Assembly: GCF_009914755.1 (NCBI RefSeq)
Contig: NC_060934.1
Source of the DNA: the human T2T-CHM13v2.0 reference genome, Homo sapiens
DNA: 64,000 nucleotides
Direction: 5' to 3' (one strand)
Of the stretch, positions 28,665 through 44,524 are shown piece after piece; position 1 is the first letter of the stretch, and each line of letters begins with the position of its first letter. A program made the translations under genes and the position numbers. A model generated the notes under the pieces. That model was given only the letters and a program-made list of their open reading frames with translations, had not been told where the DNA came from and did no database searches.

Positions 28665-31054
28665 CTGTTGAGCTCCAACTATGTGTCAGGCACTTCTGGG
28701 GGGTTGAGGGTATTGTGATCAGTAAGACAAACTCTCTGCCTTTATAGTGTTTACATTCTAGGAGAAAAATATTCATCTTAGAGAGATTATAAAAAACAAA
28801 TCTTCCGAAATAGTATCTGTTACGTCCAAAATAGAGGAATGTATAAATAAATGTTAATATGATGGACTAACACGCAGCCATTACAAAAATCCTGTTTTGA
28901 AGGCTATTAAATGTCATGGTGAATTGATTCCAATATAAAACCAAATGAAATAAAAGCAGTTCACAAAACCACGCATGAAGTATGTAAATTTTGTAAACCA
29001 AAATTACAAGGTGACCTCAGTATCTAGAAAAATACACCAATGGTGGCTGTATCTGAGTGCTGCTAGAATTATTACTAACATTTTATTATTTACATTTGTA
29101 TTTTCTTTTTCACAGTTTCTACAAAGAATTATGGATGATTTTTATATTTAGAAAACCTTTTTTTATTTGTGGACATCTATTACCTGTGGGCCCCACAGCA
29201 GCATGGAAAAGATTAAAGATTTGTGTCAGCTTTGACGCTGCCGTTAATTATCAGGACAACCTACAGCAAGTCATGCCATTTATCTGGGCCTCACTTTCTT
29301 TGGATTTAATTATGGACTAAGCTGTGATTTTCTGTGTAATTAAGAACCAAACTAAAGTTTAAAAAATATGCCTTTGTTTTATGGAAGAGTCCAGAGACAC
29401 CATCATTATACTGTGTGTCTTTATAAAACCCATATACCTTATTCTTTTGTTTTATCTAGCTATTATATTGTCTATAACTTACTTTTAAATATTCTAGTAT
29501 AGACAGGTGTGTGTGTGTGTGCGTGTGTGTGTATTCTTAATCCTCTATAAGGTTGTAGCTAAAATTTAAAATACTTTAACTGGACACACATCTTTTAGGA
29601 GTGGTTGGTAGTGTTTGAAGGACTACTATAAGGCCTTAATGATCTTTATCTCTAGAGAGTTCTAGAAGGTTCCCTAATTAGCCTAATAAATAAAAGAAGT
29701 TATTTTGCACTGGAAAATTAAGGAGTGTTGGAGATATGTGATTTGGCTAGTGCTATTTAAAGACACCCCTGTCCTTGCATAAATAGGGTTTAGGAATCTA
29801 GTAATCCTGGATTACAAACTTTGTTTGGAGTGATGCCTAAACCAGGTATGCCAATCTGTCTTGTGTCCACATACTAACAGAGGGTTCTAGCAACTTAATC
29901 CCATTAGCATGTTAGCTGAAGACTACTGCTAGAATGCTGTTATGTTTGTTTAGAGTTAATATTTCATGGAAATGTCTGAACCCTGGTACTGTATTAAACT
30001 CATAGAAATGGCTTTGTGCCTGTTTGCTAATAAATATTTCTCTGTGTGGCAGAATTTGGTTTGGGGTGTGCTGTCTAGCTGTCTAAATCACGTATCTCTT
30101 AGTATTGCAGTAATGGGTGAAGAGATATATAGTTCTTCTCACCTTTAATTGTTGGATGTGCAAAGAACCTGGTAATTTTGAATGACTGAATGGATTGAGA
30201 TCAGTTGGCATATTAACGATAAACTTTATCTTACAGAAATCTTTTATTTACTTGAGGTTTTAAAATTATTATAAAACTAATAACGTATAAAGTATCTCCC
30301 AAACTAACACAGATTCCTACTACTTGGATGTATTATGTCTCTATTACCTGTCTTTTACTTTTAGAATAGAGCTGTGTTCCACAACCTCTCAGTTTAGGCT
30401 TATAGGTGCAATAATTCATTAAAAATGAATGCTGGGTTTGAAAAGTGTCACCCGAATGCTAAATATGCAACAGGCAGCCTAGTTCTGGCTCTCTGGAGAG
30501 AGTAAAGAGAGGTTTTGGCAAAAAGTCTTGGAAACAACCAGCTGATCTTACTGCCTTCATTTTGATGAGATAATTTGTGTTTATGCACATATTGAATTAC
30601 GCTTAAATACATGGAAAATTTTAAATGCCAAAGGAAGGGGAAAAATGCTACATAGCACACATTTTAAGTGTTTTTTTTTTTTTTTCCTGCTAAACTCAAA
30701 CCACTTGAAAGCTAGGAAGAGTCACTGCTGGAAGATCCAATGCTGGAATTGACAGTAGATGCTCACAGTCATCACGGGAGCTGAGCTCTATAACTGTACC
30801 CAGTCCAGGGCCTGTACATACACTGGTTCCTACAAGGGTGGTGATGCGAAGTGAATGCTTGAGAACTGGGACTGGGATGTAAATTTCCCGTTTGCCAGGG
30901 GCCAGCTCTGGGACCTCAGGTGAATGTGACACTTCTCTGGGTAGCCAAGTCATCACCTACAGAATGCAGGACATGTCAAACAACTTCATTTGATGCACAA
31001 TAAGCAAAAATCAGCAAACTCTCAGGGGACTTTGTAAAGACACAGGCAGTTTGA

Positions 31055-31530
31055 GGAGGTAATGTGGCAGAGTGGGAAGAGTGAGAATTTGGTAATAACC
31101 AAATGAACAAAGAAACAAAATAAAGAAACAACAGATAATGTTTTCTGAACATTTACTATGTATGATGGAATATAATATCTTCAACAGATCTTTTGATTGA
31201 GTGTTTTTATAGGCAAGCTGATTCCTCAGTCTGAACCTTATTTGCCATTAAGACTGCCCCATGCAGTGCAGTTGGGAAGGCAGGAGATTAGATGCAGGTG
31301 AAATCCTAGTCCTAAAGGAAGGGGAGGTAAAAGAGAAAAGCTCGACTTTTTCTGTTCCTGGATACATTGTCGTATCAGGAGTAGGACAGGATGGAGGCAG
31401 AGTGAGCAGGTAATAGAGTGTGAGTGTGACCTTGGGCAAGTCATTTACTTTCTAAGCCTTGTAACTCAGCAAAACTGAACTAAGAAAGAATGAATTACTT
31501 TGCAGGTTGCTGTGAGCATTGTAAGTATAC
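31055..31530 (+). mobile_element. MIR interrupted by a duplicated segment
   Basis: GTGGCAGAGTGGGAAGAG...TTTGG, then GTGTGACCTTGGGCAAGTCATTTA after 31417. Confidence 0.65.
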
Positions 31531-32282
31531 AGTCAATTCACTCATTTATTTGAGATGATATTCTGAGCAGAGTAGACTTACACAGGTATGAGACACGGTT
31601 TCTATCTTTGAGGAGTTTATAGTGGAAAATGACATCTGTAAATAAGCAAACACAATAAAGTATGACAAGTCCTCCCCTAGTCAGCCTAGAAAAGAGTTTT
31701 AAGAGCAGGTGAAGCACACGCTGATTCTTTAAGGATATGTGTCAGGTGGACGAAAGGGCAAGGAAAACCCAGGCGTGAAGGTATGTATGCATACGTATTA
31801 CAGAACTGCTCAGCGGTATTAGTTTATTGTTACTATTGTTGGTGCTACTGTTGTCCTTGCCTTTGAGGGCTTATAACATCATTGGGAAAATGTGATGATT
31901 AAACATGGAAAATGCCACAGAAACAACCATAGCAACCACTCCAAGCTGTGCACTTGAGGGCTAGGGGCCTGTTAGGAAATAATAATAAAGAAACAACAGA
32001 TAATGTTTTCTGAACATTTACTATATATGGTGGAATATAATATCTTCAACAGATCTTTTGATTGAGTGTTTTTATAGGCAAGCTGATTCCTCAGTCTGAA
32101 CCTTATTTGCCATTAAGACTGCCCCATGCAGTGCAGTTGGGAAGGCAGGAGATTAGATGCAGGTGAAATCCTAGTCCTAAAGGAAGGGGAGGTAAAAGAG
32201 AAGAGCTCGACTTTTTCTGTTCCTGGATACATTGTAGTATCAGGAGTAGGACAGGATGGAGGCAGAGTGAGCAGGTAATAGA
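31119..32282 (+). repeat. 299-bp direct duplication (31119-31417 and 31984-32282)
   Basis: 4 mismatches, no indels, offset 865 bp. Confidence 0.97.
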
Positions 32283-33089
32283 TATTTAATTCATTTATAT
32301 TTAATGTACTAATATTTACTCCTACCATCTAAGTTTATGCTCTTTAATTGTCCTGAAATTTCTTTGTCCTTTTTGCTATTTTTAAGGGGAGGGATTAATT
32401 AGTTTTTTTTCATTCTACTTTTTTCCCCTCCAGTAGTTAGAAAGTCATATATTTCTATTCACTTACTGCTTACACTAGAAATTACAGTACTCATACTGAC
32501 TATATCAAATTCTAACTGTTAATCAATATCTTTGTCCTCTGGTGTACCAGATTATATTTCCTTTTGTAATTCTTAGGATTTGTCAGACATACTGAATCTG
32601 TAGATTGATGTCTATCATCATGACAAAAAATTCAGAGACAGTCTTTTTAAATGCCTCTGTGATATTTTCTCTTTTTCTCCTGTTGACTCTGTTCAATTCT
32701 CTTTTCTTTTACAACTATGATTATGCTTTACTTTCTTTATTTGACATGACACTTGTTCTCTTTTTCACATTTTCATCCTCTAACTCTCTGGATTATCTTC
32801 TGCATAATTTCTTCAGAGAAACTTTCCAATTCATTAATTGTCTTTTCAGCTGTGTCCAATTTGCTATTAAACTTGTTTATTCACTTTGCTTTAAATATTT
32901 TAGTTTTTGTTTCTAGAAATTTCTTCCCCCATAGCTTCATGTCGGTTTTGTGTCCTGCAACTTTATTGAATTCATTTATTAATTGGTTCTAATAGTTTTT
33001 TGGTGGCGTCTTTAGGGTTTTCTATACATAAGATCATGCTGATCTGAAAATAGGTACAATTTAACTTCTTTTCCATTTTGGATGACTTT

Positions 33090-34148
<1,059 letters not shown>

Positions 34149-35624
34149 CTAGCCAGAGCAAGTATGCAAGGGAAAGAAAGAAAAGTCATCTGCCAAAATT
34201 GACAGATGACTTTTTCTTTCCCTTGCATACTTGCTCTCGCTAGGACTTCCAATACTATGTTGAACAGAACAGGGCTTGTTCTTGACTTGTTCCAAATCTT
34301 AGAGGAAAAGCTTTCAACTTTCCCCCATTAGGGATGATGTTAGCTGTGGGTTTTTCATATATGAACTGTATTGTGTACATTCCTTCTATAACTAATTTGT
34401 TGAACATTTTTTATCATTAAAGAATGTTGAATTTTGTCAATTTTTTATGCGTCTATTGAAATGATGAATTTCATTGATTCATTAGCTTATGTTGAACCAT
34501 CCTTACACACATGGAATGAATCTCACTTGATCACAGTGAATGATTTTAATTTGCTGTTGAATTTGATTTTGTTGAGAATTTTTGTATGTATGTTCAGATA
34601 CATTGGCTTGTAGTTTTTAATTTTTTTGTAGTGTCTTTGGCTCTGGTACTGGGATAATGTTGCTATTGTAAAATGAGTTTGGAAGTATTCCCTCCTCTTC
34701 AATTTTTGGAAGAGTTTGAAAAGAATTAATATTCTTTGAAGATTTGGTAGTATTCAGCAGTGAAGCCAGTAATTCCTGTGTTTTTTTTCCTAAGTTATCC
34801 AATTTGTTAGTGTATAATTGTTCATAATAGTCTCTTGCGATCTTTTGTATTTGTGTTGTATCTTTTGTAATGTCTTCCTTTTTTTCTGATTTTGTTTTTT
34901 TCTCTTTTTTTCTTAGTCTAACTAAAGGTTTGTTTATTTGTGTTTATCTTTTGAAAAAGCCAGCCGATAGTTTCACTGATCTTATTCCTGCTCTGATATT
35001 TATGGTTTCTGTTTTTGTTCTTTTAGTTCATTGAGGTGAGTTATTTGAGATCATTATTCTGTTTTGACATAGACATTTATTGCTATAAACTTCCCTCTTA
35101 GGATTGCTTTTGTTGTATTACATAAGTTTTGGTATATTGTATTTCAATTTTCATTTTTCTCAAAAAGTAAAAAAAATTAAAAATTTTTTTTCATTGATCC
35201 ATTTGTTCTTCAGGAGCATGTTGTTTAATTTCCATGTATTTGTGAATTTTCCAAAGCTTCTCCGGTTATTGATTTCTAGTTTTGTACCATTGTTGTCATA
35301 AAGATACTTGATATGATTTCAATCTTCTTAAATTTGTTAAGACTTGTTTTATGGCCTAACATATAATCTATCCTGGAGAATGTTCCATGTGTAGTTGAGA
35401 AGAATGTGTATTATGTAGCTGTTGAATGGAATGTTTTCTATATGTCTGTTAGGTCCATTTGATCTAGACTGTACTTTAAATTCAATGTTTCTTCATTAAT
35501 TTTCTTTCTTTCCATTGCTGTCAGTGGGGTGTTGTCCTCTACTATTATTGTATTGAAATTTATCTCCCTTAAGATCTGTTAATACTTGCTTTATATATTT
35601 AGGTGCTCCAACATTGGGATTGAC

Positions 35625-35672
<48 letters not shown>
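35625..35672 (+). repeat. Compound (TG)n(TA)n STR
   Basis: Direct reading. Confidence 0.95.
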
Positions 35673-38600
35673 AAGTTGTTATATCCTGTGGCTGAATTGA
35701 CTCTTTTATCATTACATAATGACCTTCTTGATTTCTTTGTACAATTTTTGACTTAAATTCTATTTTATCTGATATGGCTATTCCTTCTCTCTTTTGGGTT
35801 TAATTTGCATGAAATATCTTTTTCCATGAAATCACTTTGCATATGTGTGTCCTCACAGGTGAAGTGAGTCTCTTGTAGACAGCACATAATTGGTTTGTTT
35901 TAAAAAAATTATTCAGCCACTCTGTGGTTTTTATTGGAGAATTTAATCAATTTATATTCAAGGTAAGTATTGATAGGTAAGAACTTACTACTTTCATTTT
36001 GTTAATTGTTTTCTAGTTGTTTTGTAAATCCTTTGTTCTTTTTTTTGCTATATTCCTTTGTATTTTTTTTCTAGTAGTATGTTTTGATTTCTTGCTTTTT
36101 CGTGGTTACCATGAAACTTACAAAAAACATCTTGAAGTATAAAAGGTTATTTTAAGCAGATAACTTAACTTTGATTGCAAAAAAATAGAAAATAAAACTG
36201 TACAGTTTTAGTCCAACACTTGCCCAACATTTTGAATTTTGATGTAATTAATTCAAATTAATTTAAATTTAATTTGAATTTTTGGTGGCATAATCTTTAT
36301 ATGGCATGTGTCTCAAATTATTGTAGCTATTATACAATATAGTATACAATATAAATAAGTAGTTAATAGTTTTGCCTCTAAACCTTCATACTAATGATAT
36401 AAATGTTTTACACACTATCATTATAGTATTAGAGTATTCAGAATTTGACTGTGTACTTAGTTTTACCAGTGATTTTTATTGTTTTTTATTACTCATTAGC
36501 ATCATTTTCTTTCAGCTTGAAGAACTCCCTTTAACATTTCTTGTATGACAGGTCTAGTGGGGATGAACTTTTAACCTTTTGTTTGTCTGGAAAAATCTTT
36601 ATCTCAATCTACTTCATTTCTGAAGGACAGCTTTGCTGGGTACAGTGTTCTTGGTCAACAGGTGTTTTGTTTGTTTGTTTTTCCCCCCTTCAGCACTTTG
36701 AATATATCACTATATCATTCTTGTCTTTCTTGGCCTGTAAGCCTTCTGCTGAGATATCTGTTGATAGCTGTATCGGAACTTCCTTATACGTTATTTGCTT
36801 CTTTCACCTTGATGTTTTTAGAATCCTCTCTTTGCTTTGGTTTTCAACAGTTTGATTATGTCTTGGGGTAGTCTTGTTTGGATTAAATCTGATTGGAGAT
36901 CTTTGACTTTTCTATATTTGCATATTTACATCTTTCTTCAGGTTTGGAAAGTGTCCTGTGATTATTTTTTAAAATGAGCTTTCTACCTCTTTATCTTTTT
37001 CTTCTCTTAAATTCTTATGACTTGGATTTCGGTCTTCTGATGTTGTCCCATAAGTACCAGAAGCTTTTCTTATTTTTCATTCTTTTTTCTCCTCTGACAA
37101 TATTTTCAAATAACTTGTCTTTGGGGTCACAGATCCTTTTCTTCTGCTTGATAAATTCTATTGTTGATACTGTATTGCATTTTACATTTCACTTATTGTA
37201 TTTTTTCAGCTCCAGGATTTCTGTTTCTTTAAAAAATTACTTCACTCTCTCTGTAGACTTCTTGTTCTGATAACTTATTATTTTCCTTATTTTATTGAAT
37301 TGTTTATCTGTATTTTCTGGAAGTTCACTGAGCTTCCTTAAAAGAGTTATTTTCAATTCTTTCTCAAGCAGTTCATACATTTCCATTTCTTTAGGGCCAG
37401 TCACCTGCACTTTATTTTGTCTCTTTGGTGATGTCATGTTTTCCTGATTGTGCTTGATTCCAGTGATTGTGCATTGATGTCTGCAAATTTGAAGTAGGTA
37501 CTCATTTCATTCTTTGCCCAGGCACTTCGTCTGGGAAAGCCTTTCAACAATCAGTTCATCCAAAGATTCTGGACAGGCTATCTGGCATGGTTCTAAAGCT
37601 TGGGGATACTGGGGCTGGTGCATCACTGGAGCAGGCCAGAAACCTGGGGTTACTAAGGCTTGCCTGCCACTGAGGGCAGTCTGGATCACAGGGCCACTGA
37701 AGTTGGCTTGCCCTGTGTCCTGCCTGGTGCCTGAGTGGGTATAAAGGCTCAGTCTGCAGGTACCAGTCTGGGGTCTGGGGCTATGTGGGCCTGTCCAATA
37801 ATGAGTTTTATTGTGGCAGGACCGGTGTTGAGACCAAGGCAAAGTCCTGTACTCACTTTTCTCTCTTTTCACCAAATGAATGACATCTCTCTCCATACTG
37901 TGCTGCCTGGGTTTGGGGAAGGAATGATGTGGGAAATGTAAAACTGTCCTTCCTGCCCCCTTTAGGGTATTTTTTCTTATTATTGTGCTATGCCAGGTGT
38001 TGCAATCTCTCACCTGGTTTCCTCAGCTCTTGTAAAATTATTTTTATGTGTGAATAGTTGTTCAAATTGATGTTTCTGCAGAGAGATAATCACTGGAGAG
38101 TTTTCTTCCACCATCTTGCTCTGTCCCTGTCTTCTTAACAGATATATTTCTAATGGAAACTTTCAGGAAATACATAACAAGGAACACAACGTTGATATTC
38201 CAGAGGAAATCAGGCTTAATTGCCTTCAGGGTAAACAGATCAATATCTTACTCTAGGACTAGAGTCTGGGAGTACAAACCAGAGGGACATTAGTATTTTT
38301 ACAATATCTACACTTCCTTGGATTTTTCGCACAGAGTATTAACTTTAGGAAGTTTACACTCAAGAGAAAATAGGCTGACTCTAAGAAAATCCAGGCTAGA
38401 GCGTTACTTGAATAAGGCTTTATCTCCATTAATGGGCTAAATAAGTTCAAGTGTGCACATCCATCCCAGAACTTCAGAGACTGCCTGTCTCAGACTGTAA
38501 TGAAAGGAATAAGAGAGAATGGAAGAACTTTATATAAGACATAGAGGCCATTTTTGGAAATAAGCATTTGGATGGCAAAGAATTGAATCAGACAAATTAG

Positions 38601-40441
38601 AAATGAAGGAAGAGGACATAGAGTACCAGGTTAATATTTTTATAAGCTTAAGATGATAACATTTCAGGTCCTCATAGTAAAACATTATACCTCTTCCCTC
38701 CCTATGATACTTTCAACTTTTTACTTGTGTTATAATTTTTTTTATCAATTTCTCTCTGTCAGATTCTAAGCACCTCACAGGTAAGATAAACATAATTACA
38801 GTGTTAACTTAAATTCAAGTGGACATTCTTGCTACCAATTATTAACACACACAAAATATATAGCCAACAGGTATACTCGTTAATGTTCATGGTCTGGTAA
38901 CTACTACTGAGGACTCTGAGTGATTTAAAAAAAAGGGCTTAAGGCCCAAACTCTCATGAAAATGTCTGAAATGATTCCTGTTGAAAAGGAATTGAAGTGG
39001 ATAGGGTTATTTTCAGTGGCAACTGACCAATGAAATTCAATTTATTTCAATTTAACAATCCTATTATGTTTCAAAAAAGACAGTGTAAAAATATACTCTC
39101 CAGCTGTATTGGAAGAGAATTTTAAAGGACTGCTTTTGGCACACAGTTGGTATTCTTAAGAAATCATGCCAGAGGAACAACAACAGAGGTAGCACCTCAA
39201 CTCTTGTTGGGCTATGCAGCTGATTCCAGGAGATTTCAGACCCTTGGCAGGTGTTCTGCTTATGGTTTCAGGTCACTCTGAACTCTAGAGTCTTAAACCT
39301 TTTCACTTCAAACACTGTTCTCACCTTTTGTTCAAAGTGATAATATCAGGGGAATATGTAGCAGCCAGTTAAAATTAATTTATCCATGTTAAAAGGATAT
39401 TTGCTTGGAAGAAAGCTACAGACTAATTTCCTGCCAGTTCAATTTTATCCATTGCTGAAACCAGAAATCTCCACACTATCCTCAAAAACATCCTTCTTTT
39501 TATTCTTGACTGTCAATTTTACTTGCAAAATGCCTATCATGTCTGTGCCCACAGATCCATTTTTTGCTGCCACTATGTATTTCAAACCTCTGTCATCTCT
39601 TACATGGGCTCTTGCAGAAAACATCTGAAGTTAGTTATCCCTTCCTTTAATGCATGTGCTGCGCTTAACCATAGCTTGTGTCAGATCACAGCCCCAAGGA
39701 ATACCTTCAATGGTTGCCCAGAGGATCAAGAGTTAAGTATCTTAGCATGATTTTCAAGGCATTGAGCAATCTGAGACCAATGTACTTTGCTGACTTTTCC
39801 TCCTGGGAGGCCCTGATGACCTTATGTCCTGGTCACACTTGATATTGCACCAATTCCTTCCTATGTCATGTACATTCATGCTTCTGTGACTTTGTTCAAC
39901 CTGTTTCCTCCACCCAGATTTTTGTTCTCATTCTCCTTGCCTGGTGGAAGTCCATTCATCCTTTAAGACCCAGCCAGGTGGAATGGAACTTGCACAAGCT
40001 CCCTTATCTAACATGGTAGACACCAGCAATCAGCTGATTAATCAAAAGAGTCAGTCAGTCAAAGAAGGAAATAAAAAAATAAATAAAACCAACAGAGTAA
40101 AACGTTCTCACTTAAAACATAAGAACATTCATTTATTGACCCTTTGGTGGAAGACTTTTTGAGTGTGGTTTCTCTAATAGAAGTTCTTCAGACTTTCTTC
40201 ATAGAGTACTGTCAGAATATTTATTTCCTTTTCCAGTTTGGGTTCCTTATAAAGGAGTGAGAATTTAAAGGTGCTTGAAAAGCAATCCAAATGCAGAGGT
40301 TTAGGCTTTTATGATTTCATCCCCCATCTTTTACAATGGTCTTATTTACCTCTAGTTAAACAGCATTAAAAAGTCAATTTTGCACACCAATGGTAACGTA
40401 CTTAATACCCTGAACTGCATACTTAAACATGGTTAAAATGG

Positions 40442-40818
40442 TGTCTTAGTCAGCTCTGACTGCCATAACAAAATAGCACAGACTGGGTGGCCTAAACAAC
40501 AGACATTTATTTTCTCACAGTTCTGGAGGCTAGAAGTGACACATCGAGGTGCTGGTCAAGTCAATTTCAGGTGAGGCCTCTCTTTTTGGCTTGAAGGTAG
40601 TGCATTTTCTCTGTTCTCACATGGCAGGGTGGAGTCGGGGAGCACTCTCAGATGTCACTTCTCATAAGGACACTAATCCTATTGGATCAGGGCCCCACCC
40701 TTAGGGCCTCATTGAACCTTAATTACTTCCTTAGAGGTTGCAGCTTCAAATACAGCCACTCTGGGGTTAGGCTTCTACATAGGGATTTTGGAAAGACACA
40801 AACATTCAGTCCATAACA
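40442..40818 (-). mobile_element. MLT1A-like LTR inserted in an L1M 3' end
   Basis: TGTCTTAGTC...ACAAACATTCAGTCCATAACA; flanks are an L1MB/MC-type tail. Confidence 0.8.
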
Positions 40819-40889
40819 GATGGTAAATTTTATGTTATATGTATTTTACCATCATTCAAAAAAAAAAGAAGCTGCCAATTGTTTTCTGA

Positions 40890-40981
40890 ATATATACATA
40901 TATGTGTGTGTGTGTATATATATATATACACACACATACACACACACATATATATATATACACACATATATATATATGTAT
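40890..40981. repeat. Compound TA/TG/CA microsatellite
   Basis: Direct reading. Confidence 0.92.
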
Positions 40982-41769
40982 AACACTTTGCCTAACTGGG
41001 TCGTTTCAAAGCACTCAACTTAGTTTTTTTGGAAACAACTCTCTTTTGTGTTCATATTTCATTCATCGTGGAATGTTTTGCTAAAAGAGCCTGCATAGGT
41101 TTGAGAACCACTGTCATTGACTCTAGTAGAGACAGCAGCCCAGTGTGTGCCTCTGAAGATAAGCTTCCTGGCAGTGAACTGCCAGTATGCTCCAGGCACG
41201 ACTGAGTCTGTTTTACAGAGGCCATGGAGAGCTGTCATTAATCTGTGAGTCTGTGAAGTGGAGGCCACTTGACAGTTTCTGCTGAGATGCTTCCGATGCC
41301 CTCAGTGTGTGCATGATCCACAAATAGCTTGCAGTCAGTGTTTTCCTGATGAGGGATGACTGCATTGCATCTTGTGTGTGTGCTTGACATCCTTAAGATG
41401 CTGTGAAGTTTTGGAGGAAAGTCTAATTTTAAAAGTTGGGTTAGGTTTTGGCTATAATTATGTTATACAACAAATAACTGAAATCTCAGAGGCTTTTAAC
41501 AGTAGTCATTTATTTCACACTCATTGGTCAGCTGGTCATTATTTGGCTGACCGTGGAACCAGAACAAAGCCAAAGCGGTGTTCTCCAGGGGTGCTTTTTT
41601 AGGCCACAGTGGGAGCCCAGCCAATGCCTTCCTTCAGTGATTGGTAAAAATTTCTTCCCGAGATCCCATGCTGTTCTATCCTGAACAGCTTTGGATGTTT
41701 ATTTTTCTGATTCTATCTCTATTATCTCTCTTCTGTTGACACATTCCTAACATGAAGACATTGCAGCCC

Positions 41770-42755
41770 TGGCAGGGGAGAACAAATATTTCCCATTCCA
41801 CCCTCCTAGGTTCAATGACTTGGGCCCAAGAATCAAACTGATAAAAGGCAGATTAACAAGAGGAAAAAAAAACAATTTAAATTATGTAGGCATGTACAAA
41901 AGCTTACAAGGAAACACATGGCTCAAGGAGGCAGCCAGTTGATTGAGGCTTATGTATCATCTTAGACTAAACACAGTAAAAAGGGGTCTTGGGCTTCTGA
42001 GTGGGGAGGCAAGTTATGAGAAGGGTAGGGGAGGAGACGTAGGGTAAATAAGTTTGCCTTGTTATGCAGGTAAGTCAGGTGATGAGAGTTGTTGTCTTGG
42101 AGAGTAGCTCTCTTCGTGGTATGGGGACGTCTTTACAAGTGGAGATTTCCATTATAAAAGTAAATTTCCTTTACAGGAGGGGAAATTTATATACTCCAGT
42201 TTTAGGGAGTAAGGGAAGAGGTAAAGGCCTTGTCCTGCAATCAATGTGGTTGTTTTAGCTCAAAACAATCTATATGCCTGTTAAAGCAAACTAAATATGG
42301 CCGGAGAAGGACTCCATACTTCTATATTTGAGTCCTCATGGATGAACTGCAACCTAGCTTAACAGTCAGAAAAAATGGAAAACCTAGCTTAATAGTATGC
42401 ACCTGTAACAATGGCTGAGTGTTGGCCAATCCTAGTGGCCATGCTTCAACCACTCATAGACTGCTGAATGTTCAAACTGTGTTCAAATAAGGCAAACGCC
42501 GAGCTATAACCAATCTCACTGTTTCTGTACCTCGCTTCTGATTCCTGTACATCGCTTTACTTCTTTTGTCTATAAATTTGTTTTGACCATGAGGCACCCC
42601 TGGAGTCTCTGTGAATCTGCTGTGATTCTGGGGGCTGCCCAATTCGCGAATCATTCATTCCTCAATTGAACTCCTTTAAATTTAATTCTGCTGAGGTTTT
42701 TCTTTTATCATGTCAATGAGGCCTAATTTCCCATGGCATTTCTGGTGCCCTTCTC
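41770..42755 (-). mobile_element. Older ERV1 LTR (MER34/MER39-like) split by the MER57
   Basis: AAACTGATAAAAGGCAGATTAACAAGAG-type sequence that resumes after 42710. Confidence 0.5.
42279..42710 (+). mobile_element. MER57-family solo LTR (ERV1)
   Basis: Starts TGTTAAAGCAAACTAAATATGGCC and ends TTTTATCA; TSD TGCC/TGTC. Confidence 0.8.
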
Positions 42756-43097
42756 CCTCTGCATAAGGTGCAATGTGGAGTGCACAAGGCTGATTTAATT
42801 CCTTCTTTCTTGAGTGCTATCTCTGCCAATGCATTATGTGCTTCTTATATGTATATCACAGAGTGAGGGGTTACTTATCAGTCTCTGCAGCGATGCACCG
42901 AAAAAGACCCATCTCATAGAAAAATGGAAGTTAAATAAGAGAGAGAAATAATTCTTTGATACCCCCCTACAACTTGTCTAAAATGAACACCTCCCTTTTC
43001 ATACATGGGCTAAATGCAAATGCCTTAGGAGGGGTTACACACTGATTTACATTCACCCTAAAACATAAATGATGTTTCAGATTTTAGTTTTGATCAG

Positions 43098-43522
43098 TGT
43101 GTTAGTGCATTCTCACATTGCTATAAAGAAATACCTGGGACCGGGTAATTTATAAAAAAAGGAATTTAATTGGCTTACGGTTCTGCAAGCTATGCTTCCT
43201 GTACAGCCTGCACCAGCGCCAGCATCTACTTGGCTTCTGGGGAGGCCTCAGGAAGCTACAATCATGGCAGAAGGCAAAGGGAAGCAGGCACACCACATGG
43301 AGAAAGCACGTGGAAGAGAGAGGGGGAAGGCGCCACACACTTTTAACAACCACATCTTTCGAGAACTCACTGTCATGAGAACAGCACCAAGAGGATGGTG
43401 CTAGACCATTCGTGAGAAATCTACCCCCATGATCCAATCACCTCCCACCAGGCCCCACCTTCACCACTGGGGATTACATTTTGACATGAGATTTGGTGGG
43501 GGACAACATCTAAACTCTCTCA
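43098..43522 (-). mobile_element. MST (MSTA/B) solo LTR
   Basis: MaLR LTR motifs; TSD ATCAG at 43093-43097 and 43523-43527. Confidence 0.88.
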
Positions 43523-44524
43523 ATCAGTGATTACAAATGGGAGAATGAGGTGTTAGGACACTCAAAGATGAAAAGAAGTAACTTGTTAGAAGTGGCACAC
43601 TGGCCACTGAGCTCTTACTATAGGCAGGGATGGTATAGGGGTCCTGTAAGAGAAGGTGGGCAATAAGGGAGAAGAGAAGGGTGCAGGATTGAGCAGCTGT
43701 GGCTCCTAAATTGTCATCATCATTTTCATAGCTATGGTAATCACCAACCCTGTTGAATAAAAGCCATCTTGTCCAAGAGGTATATAGTCCAAGCAATTCA
43801 AAGACCCTGAGACAGTCCTGCCATTGAAACCCAGATTTTTTTCAGGTGCTCCTGAAAATACTCATTGCTCTAGACCTTTGCTGTTTTCAAGTCTTGGGTA
43901 CATAGCAATCCCTGTATCCCCAGTAGGTATAGCTGGTTTCTTTATATTTTGCCATTGTATTCTGTATTGTGTAGTATATATGACCAGACATTAGTACTAG
44001 AAGAAAGAAGCTTTGGAGATGTTGAACGCTTCCCTTTACAGTTGAAAAAGGTCAAGCTGGGGGATTAAGTGATTTGTTTCAAATACCCCAACCAGTTAAT
44101 GGCCGTGGAAGGATGAGAATTATTGCCTGTCTTACTAACACCTCCTTCTAAGGAAAACTGGCTTATCTGCAGGTAGCTATCTTGGGAAACTCGTGACCCC
44201 AATTCCCTGTGACAGTCCATTGAACCAGCATGGTCATCTGACCCATGTACAGTCGATCTTTTGATTTGTTCACAACCTTTGACACATGACCTTGGCCAAT
44301 CAGATTTCCCCCCTTAGAAATGTGAACCAAGAAACGGAAGCTGAAATTGCTAATGTCGTAATATGGAGGGCATTTGCATGGCTATGGTGAAGCATGCAGT
44401 TGAGACTGGGAGGGAGCCTGAACTGTAAAGGAGAGAGTAAAGGGAACAGGGCACATTCGGCAAGCAAAAGTCCTAGAAGGAGCAACCACATGGCCCATGT
44501 GAGAGAGGAATTAGCCTGGGTTTC

